A DNA stretch of 63,976 nucleotides, filler included, from Perkinsus olseni (GCA_013115125.1; 10 parts of 10 records of this genome joined end to end with filler, not necessarily neighbours in it), one strand, 5' to 3'. Positions 25,753 to 39,338 are shown, counted from the whole stretch's first letter. A program made the numbers and translations. The notes: generated by a model not told the origin, from the sequence alone.

Positions 25753-26226
25753 TTGGACGAGCCTCAGCTCGTATATAACAACTGCGGCTCTGATGCTACT
25801 CTCACGACCACAACCTCTGGCTATGATGATTATGATTATGGGGGGGATGGGGCGTATTCGTACGATGTTTTTTCTAGTAGATATAGTAGTTTAGCGGAAA
25901 CCGGTGATATGAACTATAGCGATGGTCAGCGGTTGTTGGTGGACGAAAGGATAACTACCGGTCATATCACGACGACGACGACCAGCACTACCACTAGTAC
26001 TACTACGTCGAGCACGACGACGGCCAGCACTACCACTAGTACTACTACGTCGACCACGACGACGACCAGCACTACCACTAGTACTACTACGTCGACCACG
26101 ACGACGACCAGCACTACCACTAGTACTACTACGTCGACCACGACGACACCAGCACTACCACTAGTACTACTACGTCGACCACGACGACGACCAGCACTAC
26201 CACTAGTACTACTACGTCGACCACGA
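25753..26226 (+). CDS. 5' part of a Thr-rich mucin-like gene, truncated by contig end (start uncertain)
   Basis: The ORF runs into the same ACCACTAGTACTACTACGTCGACC repeat that opens this contig. Confidence 0.55.
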
Positions 26227-26760
26227 NNNNNNNNNNNNNNNNNNNNNNNNNNNNNNNNNNNNNNNNNNNNTTAATTAATTAANNNNNNNNNNNNNNNNNN
26301 NNNNNNNNNNNNNNNNNNNNNNNNNNTCAGTGACCTCGGCAATGCAGTACTCTAGCGTTGAGTCACCCTCCTCCTCCTCATCCTTTTCGTGCCCTGTGCT
26401 GGTAGGCAGCAAGCCACGCGCCGTACAAAAGGCACACGGCAAGTTCCGAGCTACCATTCTACAGCATCGCGGACATCGTTTTCGCACGAATTTCTTTCTT
26501 GGGGGCATGCTTATAGAAGCAAGATGAATATTGACTGAACCAACAGCAATAGAGGATACCACGTGAGTTCGCCTCTCTGCCAGCGCCGATCAGCCAGCAG
26601 CTAATGTCAGATGAGTCGATCGCTCCGATTAACCGAACTAGGTGGGTCCGGCGAGGATAAAGCAGGAAACTTGCACCACCACCACCACCATACCGCCAAC
26701 CGCGCTACTCCCATTGTTCACATACCGGCGTCTCCGCGACTAACACAATGCAAAACCACC

Positions 26761-28105
26761 TCAGGAAAGAAGAGAATCATCACGCACAATCGAAAGAGTC
26801 AACTCTCGAAGCTCTCGTTCACAGTCGGTCACATCCACCGACCACAGAGCATCCTTCACTATCAGTTCATCATAGGAGGGAGCCATCGCCTCTATCAGCC
26901 GGCCGGATGTACTCAGCCCGTGGTAGACCCGGTCCCGGCACAAGGCCGCCATAGCCGTATACCAATACATGGAGAGTGAGGACTCGAACATGCTCGATAG
27001 GCAGCAGCGGTCGGCGTAACGGACGACGTATTGGCAGGCACGCCTGAAGCCCAGGACCCCGGGCTTCAGGACGAAGTGAACATCCTTCACCTCGGAAGCG
27101 GGGAACTTCGCAACGTTCACGAGGCTTTCATCCATGGCAATAGGGATACCGACCTCGGCGGACTTGTCTTCCCAAGTCACAGTGGGCTCCTCAATATATT
27201 CTATCTTGGCCTTGGCCTCGTTCGTCAGGGATCCGGCGAAGAGTTGGTATTCAGCTCGTGTCCAAGACTGATTTGCGTCCAGCCTGAGGAGGCCGTCGTT
27301 GATCGAACCGGCGGCAGCGTTGACCCTCTCGGCGTCCCTGATCGGATCTTCGCCAACTTTGAGCTTGACGCATCCAGAAACGACCCCATCCTTCCTTTCT
27401 TCGCGAGTATACATCTGGTTGATCTTGATAGATCTTGCAATCTTGCATTGTTCCTCAACGCCTCCTCCGTACCACCATAGTATTTCAGAGGGCCTCCTTC
27501 CAGTAGCGTCACATATACAGGCAAGCAGCGCCATCTCTAGTGCCCCCTGTAGACTGACGTTCTCCGGAGCAGCGTTCTTGCACGCCTCGAAGAGACCATC
27601 TATGGTGAGTTCAACGAAATGTGGTAACGCGGGCGTCTCCACGACGGAGTTAAAGCAAGGCTGAGGGTGGAAGAGCGGCAGCGGGCAGGACTCTCCGACT
27701 CCGCAACAGGGGGTTGAAGACGATGACGTCTCAAGCGGATGGAATCTGGAAAACAAGAGAGAACATAAAAATGTCGGCTCTGGCAATCATTCATCGGCTG
27801 AATTCACAGCGACCCCGGGCGAGGTTGGACCTACTGGCAGTGTAGGACGACGTATACCCCCTGTCGGGTGGTGATGTCCACACGCTCACTGCCTCTGCAC
27901 AACGGCAGTGGGCTCTTGAGGTCGAGGACGAACTTCTTCAGTACAATTGACTGCACCTCCAGCCGACCTAGGGATGGGCCTGCTCGGAGGGGCATGGGGT
28001 TATCAGAAAGAAGGGCAAGTCCTCCGGAGACAAGAGAAGGATAGGCCACAACCAATCCGATGCAGCTTCGCTATTGCCACTGCTGAGCCCCAACAAGCGG
28101 CGTCC
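26761..28105 (-). CDS. menC: o-succinylbenzoate synthase-like enzyme (enolase superfamily), spliced, N-terminus uncertain
   Basis: Motifs FVLDLKSPL, RQGVYV, GVGESCPLP, VKLKVG (KxK), LRLDANQSW, YIEEP, IAMDES, VLKP and SSMFES. Confidence 0.82.
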
Positions 28106-29498
28106 AGCAGACCCCGAGCCCTGAAGGATGGTATGGGGGGGTCTCCGATGGTGACAACCAACCACCGCGAGAATGCTGATCAGTAACGCAATCGACTACT
28201 CGTGACCAGAAACATGCGGAGCGGTAGCAGAGAAAGAACGGCTCTCAAGACCCCCGCTTCATCAGTTTGGAGCGAGCCCTGAAAGAGACACACCTTCACG
28301 GAATGCCCAACTCTGAAATCATATCTCGCCAGTGCAAGACACTCCCGAAGACCGTTATATAGCGGGACAGTAAGATTAAAGGAGATCAGCTAACCCCATG
28401 GCATCACTAGCGACTCGGGGCGTTGGCTCATGACAGCGGGTACCCCTCCCTCCGTGAGCAGCCGTTAATAGTACCTTGTCTCCTTCTTCAGCCTGTCCAG
28501 ATCGGAGATAGGCAGGTCATCCCGGTGCTGGTGTTGTACCGGTAGTTTATACAGAACTTGTATACCCATGGCACGAGCAGTCCCTGAGGCATCCCATTCT
28601 CACCTCCCCGGCAGGAGTCCGCTGTGAGTGAACAGACTCACCAATGACGCTGATGACTATCGACCGCAGAGGCTTGCCGACGTTGGTTGGGTCCATGCTC
28701 TTAGCCTGAGTTCACTCGTCTCGATCAGGCCGCATCACAACTACCCCTCACTCTCGCTATGTGATAGACCTCCTTCAACGTTATGGTGCCCACTATATTC
28801 CTATGGCCCTTCCCGCCACAAAGCGGTAGTCTGGCTACCCTCCTGAAGAGGCGGTAGTCTATCATCTTCAAGGCCATGAGAGAGCCCACCTTATGAACCA
28901 GTTGGCTGGAGGCGTCCGTAGCCAGAAAGCGTACCTGCTTCAGACCGTCGAAATCTGACGAGCGTTTGAACTGACGTCTTGTCTGTCTTGGGCACGAGTG
29001 TGACTTGCACTGGCACCTTTGCCCGCACAGTAGCTATCCGTGCATTCAGCTCCTTATTGAATTGCTGAGAGGATTGCAGCGGAATTGACAGGAGCCTCAT
29101 TGGCACTCCCTTTAGAGTACCATCATGTTGATGCCGAGGGGGCCTAGCGTTTGCCCTACCGATGGTGACGGCTTGCTCTGCCCGGCCAATACCCACATCC
29201 TGAACCGTCCAATGACAGACATCCGGTGGTCAACAAAAACTAGAGAGATGGATCCAGAAGATAACGGTACAAGGCCGTCGAGACGCTGTTCAACACCCTC
29301 CAACGGCCAAGTTAGACCTGCATTACGTATTCTCTTTAAAGAGGAAGTCCTGTATGATGTGGTATCTCCATGGTACTTCACAAGCAGCAGAGGGGCGGCA
29401 GGCGTGCATATGCCAGTAAGCAGTAGTGCTAGTTAAAGAACGTTCTACTCTACTCAGACACCACTCTGGGCCTCAGTCGATCGTATGAATTCGCTGAC

Positions 29499-30995
29499 TC
29501 AGCAACCCAACAAACGGTAGATAGTGGAAGCTGGTAACGATACGTAGTGGCAGTGGAAGGTCGAAGGAGTTACTTTTTGTGGCGCGGTGACGTTGCAGTG
29601 GTCGTCGAAGACGGACCCCAACCAGGGATGTCCAAGTGCCTGCTCAAGACTGCCCCATCTCACTGTCCACCCATGGGCCCACCTCTTCTCGAAGAAGCCA
29701 TCATAGTTCCCACCGGCAGCAGCTGCAGACACTTCAGCCAAACTCGACCTAGACACCGAGTCCAGGCCCTTGAGTAGGGCCGCGGCCTTGGAGCCAGCCA
29801 GAGAATCCTAACCGTAGTGTTACTCGAGGTTGATGCTCAGCCGCCGTACCTTCTCCAAACTCCTGATTCGCACTTCCATGACTCTGAATGCCTCCACCAG
29901 GGCCTTTCGACCCTCCTCGGAGCCCTCCAAGCACATGTCGAGGAACTTGGCATCGAGCAGGCATCGAGTGAAGAGGACCTGCATCCTCGACGAATGAAGC
30001 CCGATTTCAGTGTGAGCTGTAGGTTCGCCCCAGTTGATCACCCTGCGCTTGGACAGAGGAGAACGGACACGAGAATTTCCGTTTGTTGCGGTAGAATGTG
30101 GAACCCCGGATATATTTCTACGCTTTGCTCGTGAGAACGACGCTGAGAGCTAAAGTAGTTGTTAGAGTGGACCGAAAACGCGTGTGGTTCCGAACCCCCA
30201 CCCGCCTTTACTACCACATTGCCGAGGCTCGGACCATCCGGAGCGACTTTCCGTATATCCGCCTGAGAAGGAAGCCACTGTCATACAACGGGGACCGATA
30301 GGGACAGCGCGGCAGCCTCGTGAATCGGAATGCTACCTCAGGCAGGACAGCATAGGCATCGAACAGCTGTCCGAGTGTGGTTATGCATTCCCGCAAAGTA
30401 GTCACGGACAGCTCGCTCCGCATAGCCGACACCAGCATGGGGGGAGTAAACCTGCAAGGGCACATCGTAGAGTGGCGAAGCTCAACACGCGTTGAAGCCA
30501 CCTTGAACACTGTTGGAGGCTAATCCGCTAGAATTTGGGACGAGAAGGGTGCGTAGGGTAAAAGAAATGAAGTAAAGAACAGAAACGAGGTTCTGTTTCG
30601 CTATGTGGACGCATACACGGCTGCACGAAAATACTGTCCGCGTCAAAAACCTCCGAGCAAGCTGCACGCATCATTATCCTCCAGAACGATTCAGTTCAAC
30701 GCATGAAGATTTAGTTGGTCAATAGAATAAAATGGAGTTCATCCCTTAGAATGAAGCATGCCCCCCTTCCCAGTTACTACCGATCGACAATGTTCAGAGC
30801 TGCCAAAACCATAGTCTTTGGCGATGCATTGACAATCTGCATGATATGTGCCTCCGATATACAGGGGTCGGATAAGATATCCAAACCAAGGTTGAGCTCC
30901 TTCGTCTTCATCCATGCTGAAAGATTCTCCTCCAACGTCGTTGGCTCCTCAGAGGCGGCGCTCCCTATCCTGGAAGCTAGCGACGCAGCGGCCAT
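29499..30995 (-). CDS. Multi-exon hypothetical protein
   Basis: ATG at 30995. Several minus-strand exons are bounded by GT-AG, for example RSLEK|DSLAGSK joined in frame across a short intron near 29810-29850. Confidence 0.45.
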
Positions 30996-31729
30996 TTTGT
31001 ACTGATCAAAGCAACCACTGCTACTGGTGGTGATGTTTTCGGCTCCTGAATCCACGACCAACGACTTGAAGCGGCGCCCCTCGACCCCTCGAGTGAGTTT
31101 TGCTTTCCAGCGATTATGTTCCGAACGCGGGGTCACTGTGGCCCCGCCGGTGTACGACTCAAGACGTGCATGTTCCTTCTCATGCAGCGAGGGGCGAAAA
31201 CGTTGATGGGCAGGGATACTATTCGGGATGTTACTGAGGATTTCATAATCGTAGGACAGGGAGTTGAGAAAGAGGCAAGATTTTACAAGAGAGCAAGATA
31301 GCCTCGCCGCGTGCTTGGGATATCTCTGGAAGCAACGATGGGCGATAAAGTTTGAATTGAACTAACGATGAGTATTATTAGAACCTCGTTCTCTGAGCGC
31401 ATTCTCAAGTCCGTAGAAGCCGTTCCGAAAGCAAGTTGTAGAGCCGACCCTGGCTGTTGAAGAACCGGAATGAGTGGCCACTCGCATTGCCAGTATCATT
31501 CCTCGGGGAATAGTGCCCGGTCATCCACTCTGCGGTTCTCTTCACGCAATAGTCACCGCTGAGCAAAGCCTGTGGCTTCCGCGATAGGCGGCTCCCGCGA
31601 AGGATATCAAAACGTATCTTTCGTGGCTTGTACTAGCGCTAGCTTAACCGTCATCCATCTTTGCTGATATCAACCGTTCAACTTTACCGTACCACCGTTT
31701 TCATAGTATATTATCTGCGTTTTTGAATA

Positions 31730-32787
31730 ATGGTCGAGCAAACCCTGAGGCGCGCGGATGCCAGACCGCAGTTCAGGGTATCCAAGCGCGGCAAGAAGGC
31801 CGCTGCCACCGAGTTCACCGTCTATGCTCCCGCTTTCGCCGAGGCCCAGAAGGATCTGTATGATAAGGGTAGGTTTTCGCTTGTCGCGCCATCAGCAGGC
31901 TCACGGGTGTGACTGCTAGATACGAACCCCAAGGGATTCATTCCCATGTGTATGGCGGAGAATAGGACCGTAGGAGCGGAGATCGAGGCAGAATTTAGGA
32001 AGGTAAGGCCACGCGGGGACGCCGAAGAACTTTTGATGTCTTTGTCAACTGTGAGGTGTCATTGGGGTTGATGGTGCTGAGTGGTAGTCTCTCACTGTAC
32101 ACTGTTGCAGGACATCATTTATAGTGCGTCGTGGAATCGAGATGTATCTACTTGCCTCCCGCTCGATTGTCATCCGCTTGCTCACCGAGATCTTATGGCG
32201 GGAAAGGAGTTTCGTGGGTTGGTATCTTGAGTGGTGTCAGGTTCTCGGAGAGCTTGCTGCCGACCCTAACTTCCCGAGACATGAACTCTGCGACTATGGT
32301 GATTTCTCTGGCATGCATGGCTTCAAGTCAGCCGTAGCGCAGGCTGTCTCCACTCACCTTGCCCCTCCGGAAGTTGCCGTGAAGGCCTTGGAGGCGAGTG
32401 CAGAGACCGCAGACCAGTACATCCTCAAGGAGGAGAAAATGTCTCCCCAGGACGTCCTGTGCGTTACCAACGGGTAAGCTCGGTCTGGACGCTTCCGCTG
32501 CCACTGGTGTCAGGTTGCTGTTCATTCAGATGCGGTTCGGCTATGAATATGATATCATTCTGCCTGGGTGAAGGTGATGGTAAAGATTGCTTCATCACCA
32601 CCTCCCCCGCCTATCCCGTATTCGCCACTGACTGCGCCCTAGAAGGCAACGTTGTGGTAAAGTATGCCGTTAAGACTAGTGCTGATGACGAGTTCAAGAT
32701 CAAACTGTAAGTGCAGGGAGTCTCTCATAATCAGTAACGCATCGGTTCATCATCTTTTCATCATCTTCAGATCAGCCCTCGACATCG
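31730..32787 (+). CDS. Class I/II PLP aminotransferase, ACC-synthase-like, multi-exon, 3'-truncated
   Basis: Spliced sequence LYDK|DTNPKGFIPMCMAEN, YGDFSGMHGFKSAVA, VLCVTNG|CGSAMN and SPAYPVF parallels ACS-family motifs. Confidence 0.78.
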
Positions 32788-32887
32788 NNNNNNNNNNNNN
32801 NNNNNNNNNNNNNNNNNNNNNNNNNNNNNNNTTAATTAATTAANNNNNNNNNNNNNNNNNNNNNNNNNNNNNNNNNNNNNNNNNNNN

Positions 32888-32960
<73 letters not shown>

Positions 32961-32991
32961 CGATGATGATGATGATGATGACGATGATGAT
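32888..32991. repeat. (ATG)n microsatellite at contig start
   Basis: About 34 ATG/ACG units. Confidence 0.95.
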
Positions 32992-33239
32992 GCCACCGCG
33001 ACTTTCTGGTCTATTGTCGAGGACAGAGAAGAGCGCAAGATACACACAAAGGCGGCACTAGCCTTGCAGAGCGAGCATATTAGAGACAACTTCCTTATTC
33101 CCGATTGAAGAACAGTTGTTGAGTTCAATGGTTTTTTCTCTCGAAGAAATAATCCTGCGCAGCGCCATCAAGTCGGTACACGGAGGAATGCAACATGGAA
33201 AAGTGAGGCCACTATGCCACGGGGCCTAGTACTTTATCA

Positions 33240-35861
33240 CTGCTTCAGTTTCTCGACCGCCGTTCTTGCCTGGCCACCACGCGGCATAGTGACCTCATTT
33301 TTGCACGCTGCATCTCCCCGTTACAAAGGGTTATACAGCATCACTTCGTAAAGCGATAGTATTTCATACAAATACTCATTCCCAAAATCGCCTGAACCAC
33401 CGCGGTGTTGAACTTACGTGTTATTCAACTCACTGACCAGCCTCTCCCTCTCCATGCCCGGTTGCTGGGCCATGAAGAACGTCCGAGACCACAGCAGCAG
33501 CGACACGGGGATGTCCTTGTTCGACGACACCTCCAGCCACGAAGACAGCTGCGCCCTCAGCCTGCAAGCAGAAGCAGCGTGGCTTCCCTTTTGTGAGGAG
33601 CCGAGGGCCTCACCTGTCGTCGTCGACATTCACGTACGGCATGCCGCGCATCCGATTCGCCTCCGACAGCTCCGCATGGGTGAGGTTCTTCACTCCTTCC
33701 CAAAGGATGTCACGATCCTCCGACCTGAACCATTCACATGGACCGCAACCTGACCTATTTTGAATCTTGCGCGCTTGGTCGCAAGATACCTCTTACCTCA
33801 GTCTCGTAACATAATGCCGCAACTGTAACACTATGTGCGACTTAAACGCATACCTATCCAAAAAATGCCATTCTCTCGGCGGAGCGAAGCTCCTAGACCT
33901 ACGGCCTCAGACCCAGCATCGTGCATATCGCCCTCAACTGCTCCACACTCATCTGCTCGAGCTGGAACTCCGAACGGAACAACTTGGAAAATCTGAAAAA
34001 AACATCTCCACGGACACGTCGTGAAGTACTCGAGCAATCGGAAGAATCGAACGTGCATCAGAAGGTGAGTTTGTTTTTGCTGGCAAATATTTTACTCCGG
34101 GAGAAACACTCCCTCGCAAGCGAGTAAAGGCAGCGAGACCTTCCAATGTTTACTCCAACAGTCGTGAGGGGCCGTGGAAAAGACAGACGGTGGAGAAGTC
34201 AACAATGCGGATATCATTTACTATCCCTCCCTCCCGAGCCGCGCAGCTTCCCACCGTTTTAGTTCGAGGACGGACGGAAAGTACGGCCCCGACCCCTCGC
34301 CCTCTTCGAGGCGCTCCAGCATCTCTTCCTGAAATTCCTGCAGCTCAATCGCCCGGTCCCTGAAGATGTTTATTGTGAAGGCGGAGCGAAGCACAGTGAT
34401 GGGTTTACCGGAATTTGCTCGATTCTTCCTCTAGTATCTGCTTGTTCTTCTCGGCGATGACTTCATTGAAAAACGCTGCCATTTCTCCCTTGGCCCTGAA
34501 GTGTCATAACCGGGGATCGAACCCAATACCTCTGGAATGAAATACGCGCAATCATCCAGCCCACCAACTCCTCCTCTGTGAAAGTGAATCGTACTTCATT
34601 CTGCGCATCAACAGCGCGTGATCCGACTTCTTGTCGTTGAAAGTCGAAGGTAGCATGTTTGGGAAGAGCCTCAACGCGACTGGTAGGGCCAACTCTGAAG
34701 AGACGAGGGAAATAGCAACCGGAAGAGGAAACCCCCAGTCGGTCGGGCTGCAGACAGCACGGATAACTCGCGAGAGTCTCAAGAGCGCCTTTGACGCTCC
34801 GACTCACCAGCAAATGGTATAATGATGAAGAGAGAGAATGGTACTAGTTTGAATAAGTCAGTTACCGTCCGAACCTGCATGGAGCGTCGGAGGCGGCTGT
34901 CGCACAGTGACAACACTTACAAGAAGCTTATGCTCTCTAAGCGTCAACTGGTAGCCACGAGCTTGCCTGAAAAGATACAGCCATGCGCACTGCGAAGATT
35001 GTTGTGACACCCTCGATGATGGTTAGGACAGCTTACTTCATCACCAGCTGCGTTGAGAGTTGAACATTCTTGCCGAACAGCTTGGATCCGTTTTTGACCC
35101 ACGCCGACATGTGGTGGAGCGCCTCCTTTAGGTCCGCCCACCATTGGAAAACGATTCGTGGCTGAGCGGATACGGCATGAGCCTCTTATGCGAAAGGTCC
35201 CCGGTTCAAATCCACTTGTTACATTTCTTATAAACGACCACGTCACTCTGAATGTCCCAAGTAGGAACCGCCCAGTCATATTGACGGTCCACACCGCCGC
35301 TTTCCGGCCCTTCACGGCTGCCTTGCGACCGTACTTCTTCACCTAACACAAACCACTTCATCAACATCATCTTCACGGCTATCACGAGATGTACGAAGGG
35401 ACAAGAGAACTTCTCTTAAAGAAGTTGAGCCCATCGGTCCTCTCTATGCCCTGGGAGCGAAACTCTATGGGGCAGCGCTGCGACAGAGGGAAGCTACTTA
35501 TGGGAATCTTCCATTACTTTGTATTACCTCGCTGTGAATCCGTGGATTTTTGGTAATATTGAAATCTGAGATACTTTTCTGCAGGAAAGACATCTTCTTC
35601 ATCTCGGCATCAACGGTCGCCCGCACTTCTTGGCTCCGACCACCCTCCTTCGACGGGAGCCTGCCTGAGGCGAGCAGCATCATCTTCTCCCCACAGCCCC
35701 CCCTCCTCACCCTTACCACTGATCATACTTTGCTCCTCCTCAGGACTGGCCCGTGGGGCTACACCGTACCGCCCCTCCAACTCCTCCTCTACGCTGGTGG
35801 AAGCTCCATCAGCTCCACCCTCAGTCGACGGGCGTGCTGAGGGGACACACGAGTAGGTCAT
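33240..35861 (-). CDS. LETM1: LETM1-like mitochondrial inner-membrane protein, multi-exon (ends approximate)
   Basis: Exons encode GYQLTLREHKLL|VRTVTDLFKLVPFSLFIIIPF, LPVALRLFPNMLPSTF, FSKLFRSEFQLEQM..QLRAIC and SEDRDILWEGV..ELSEANRMRGM..RLRAQLSSWL..IPVSLLLWSR. Confidence 0.88.
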
Positions 35862-36859
35862 GGAGCGGTAGTCCGACTCTCTACTACTTGGGGCCTCCTG
35901 TGGCGTCTTAACACTACCGTTGATCCAGTGAGAAGTGCCTAGAATTCTGACTGAAAACTCGAAGCCACGCAGGAGATGGTACCTTTGAAGGCCGTAGGCC
36001 CGCCCTCCTTGTCAGCTCCACTACCGCTTCCGACCGTACTGGAGAATCCTGCGCAACAATAAGAGCATCGGAGTCGTTTCTACCCAACGAGGGAGCGTAT
36101 CAGCACCATTGCACGATAGCAGCACGAAGCCGGGAAGACCCCCAGGTGCCCCTTAGCTGAGTTGAACACTACCTCTAGCGGCAAATACCCGTATTGGAGC
36201 CCCTCGAGTGGCAGTGATTGCTACCCTACCGTAGGACGGTATTGCTGCTGCCCGAGAAAGCATAGCAGGCAGGACCTTGATGGGAGTGGCGGCTGCCAGG
36301 GGCATGATGGATGATGAATTATACTACACTCATCATGAAGGGGCTACTCACACCCTGCCACGAGCTAGCAGTCCAAAGACGGAGGACCCAGGCTATCGTA
36401 TTGGTGGAGTTCCTTCTCACACACACGTCGACCTCCATCAACCCGATTTATTACTACGGGACCAGACACACTCTCAGTACAAGGAAACGGAAAGCAAGTA
36501 TTTGACAACAATCACCCCTCCTTCTTCTAGTCACCGCCGAGCTGTCGGCCTTGACCCCCAAAGGGGACGAACCCTCGACTGTTGCCAGTCCCAGGCGCCG
36601 CTACCCTTCCTCCTGACGGTTGGTTGACCGGGCCGCCAGTGGGAGCACCTGTAGCGGAGGCAGAGGCAGGCACCCCTGGCAAAAATGAAACCAATAAGAG
36701 CTTCGCAATTTTTGACCGTTAAAACGCTTTTACGAGCCTGGCTGTACGAGACGAAGAAGCTGCGCAATTTGAGGCCGGGCCAAGCGGCGACCGAAAAAGA
36801 GCACGCGAGTCGTACCACTCCAATCGCTACACCCGGCAACTCCTCCCCCCAATAGTTAT

Positions 36860-37800
36860 ACTCACCGAACGTCGTCTGATAAGACACAGGTCCGGCTGGA
36901 GGTTGTCCGATGGCATAGGGGTCGCCTAAGGGCAGTAATGCTGCTGACGACTACGAGTTGCCTGCACCCCCTCCTACCACCAAGGAAAGGCTGAGATGTC
37001 CCTCCTGAACTACTGGCACTGATCTGTTTGAAGGCCTTGTATGCTACCCAGGATATCACGCCCTGAGAAGAATACAGAAGGTGAGAGACGACCTCAAAAG
37101 AGTTGAATTTTGTCTCCGAAACTCTCCGCGCTGCTCAGAGTGTTCGAATAATTTTTGTGGTATATTCAACGTAGTCTCCGCCAATTTGAGATGGCCCGAT
37201 GACAACTAGCTTCACCTCAGACCTTACCCGAATCGGCGGTACGGACGCCAATGGACGCAGAAGAACCACTGCTGAGCACGAACACGTACCCCCCCTGTTC
37301 GGCAGACTAATTTCAGAATTGATTTTTGCACGGAAAATGCGGTTCCACCTGCGATTGTGAATCTCAGACGAGGTTTGTTGAACACCTCCGCAGAGAGTGT
37401 TGCCCTTCCCGTGACTGTCTAGTCCACCGTTGGTCTACTACCTGTAAGACAAACGAGAAGAACAAGGAGATCTCCAGCAGCATGGGCACGACGAAGCCTA
37501 GCTTGGCCAGGTGTATGGTGGTAGAGATCATGCCGAAGAAGCGGATACCGTCAAAAAGGCAATTTATCACACCTAAGGCCATAGGGTTAACAACGGACGT
37601 CGGAGAGAGACCTTACAAATAAAAATCGCTGGCAAAAGACACTGTAGTCCGCCCGGCCCACACGCCCCCAAGGGGGAGTTGAACAAGCAAGAGTAGCAGG
37701 AGGCCATACCAGGGTCATTCATCAACATGTAAGTACAGCAAAGTGCTGAGAACCTGAACAGCTAGAGGTGTCAGAAACCACGCCGCCGACCTACCCACGT
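36860..37800 (-). CDS. Probable small multi-exon membrane protein
   Basis: Hydrophobic exon fragments (GPGGLQCLLPAIFI; MALGVINCLFDGIRFF; VISWVAYKAFK) are bounded by GT-AG. The model is incomplete. Confidence 0.35.
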
Positions 37801-38357
37801 TCAATAAAGTACTTCTTAATCGATTCTGGAATTGATTTTTACACGTAAAAAGCGGCTCCAGAGTCGTTGCAGGATTGGTTTATTAGACGACCCCCTACCC
37901 CCTGTAGTATTACAGTATCGCCAGACAGTTGAAGGGTCCATCCAGTATCAATCTGATTGGTACCAATATCCACAGCCCTATGGTGCAGTACCTAGCAGGC
38001 TTCAGCGTCCGTAGCAGCTGGTCGGAGGCCTCTCCTTGTGCTATAGTGGGTGGTAATGGAGCAACCATATAAAAAACTGAGACGACGGGCTGCTTCTAGT
38101 GGCCCTCAGTAGCGTATCCAAGGTCGATGCGCGGAGAACGCAGATTCCCCGGCTTCTCCCCGTGCTGGCTGATTGAATGGTGAAAAAGCATTGCGTCCCC
38201 GTGCGACACTACTCATAAGATACTTTTACAGTTGCCTCATCCGAAACGAGCAAGAATGTTGGATAATTTTGCTCATGAGAAGGCCAGCTTCAGTGTAGGA
38301 CGCTTCTCGGCCCGTAAGAAACGTGGCGAGAAAATTCGAAAGCATGGGAGCCGTATC

Positions 38358-39338
38358 ATGAAGCCTTTTTCGATGTCCTCAGCCTCCTCGTCCTCATCGA
38401 CGATCCAGGATCCGTCGGTCGCCGACGCCCTCGCCATAAGGATGAGATTGAACAATGAGAGTGAACTTGGGGGCATCTCCCGAGAGGTGACTTTCCTGTT
38501 GAACACTTGCCCGTTGGTTCAAAAAAATATGGCGCGCACGCGCAAGGATTTGGCTGATTTGCAAGGCTGCTAGAGCGTTGTGCAAGTTGTGCAGAAGTGG
38601 TTCAGTCACGATGTGACCCGCTATACTGCTTACCTTAGAGTTGGCCGGGGAGAGCGCAAGTCTGCCATTGAAAACAAATCGAAGATATCGACGAGCTTAG
38701 CTCCGATGATCAACTCGATGATCATGCTCACAGTGCCGACCCCGCAGGCGTGATCATCCGCGAGCTCACAGGAGACGGTCGGCCGAAGAGTTGTTTCGCT
38801 GTGGTTGCGTTTCTAAGAGGCTTCGAGCAGCAGAGGTTATTCCAGAACGTAGCCGACGCCCTGTTGGTTTTGATCGCCAGTCGACGCCTTGATCGAGCCG
38901 AGTTACTGGCGAGAGCGGCGAATATGACGCTAGAAGCAGCGGACGCCGCGAAATTGGTGAGCCTTTACGATGTTACCTTTCGATTAGCTCACGCGGGAAT
39001 AGAACCTCGAACACCCGGAGGACAGAATGAGGGCGTATCTGGCTCTAAGAGAGGAGGGAACTTCCCTCAGGGAAGCGAAGAAGAGATTGCTGGTGCAACG
39101 TTGGCATCTATGTGTTGAGTACCTCGGCCACCAGGCGACCCCATGCTGGTCGTTGGTATATTCTGTAATGCGGTCTTTTATCATAAGAGACTCCGTCAAG
39201 TTGTTGATAGTCACAAGGGGAAATCCTATGTTGGTTTCGGGACTATTACCCCACTATGTTACAAGTCGGAGCGCGAAATCGTATGTAGTGTAAATCGTCG
39301 TTCTATTGGGAACACTTCCGTCCGTCACTACCTCGAGG
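38358..39338 (+). CDS. Multi-exon hypothetical protein, probably 3'-truncated
   Basis: Consecutive plus-strand helical exon-like segments (38358-38486, 38750-38956, about 39000-39110) are separated by GT-AG introns. No family was recognised. Confidence 0.35.

Noticed and set aside
28380-29400. Short RT- or endonuclease-like words on the minus strand (GMPQG, LVMPWG, RIRNAGLT, ARIATVR)
   Set aside because: The words are short, scattered among stop codons and show no consistent domain order. They cannot be supported without a profile search.
35180-35220. tRNA-like T-arm (GCGAAAGGTCCCCGGTTCAAATCC), and a similar GGTTCGATCCC on the minus strand near 34510
   Set aside because: There is no complete T-stem, D-arm or acceptor stem, and both fall in short LETM1 introns.
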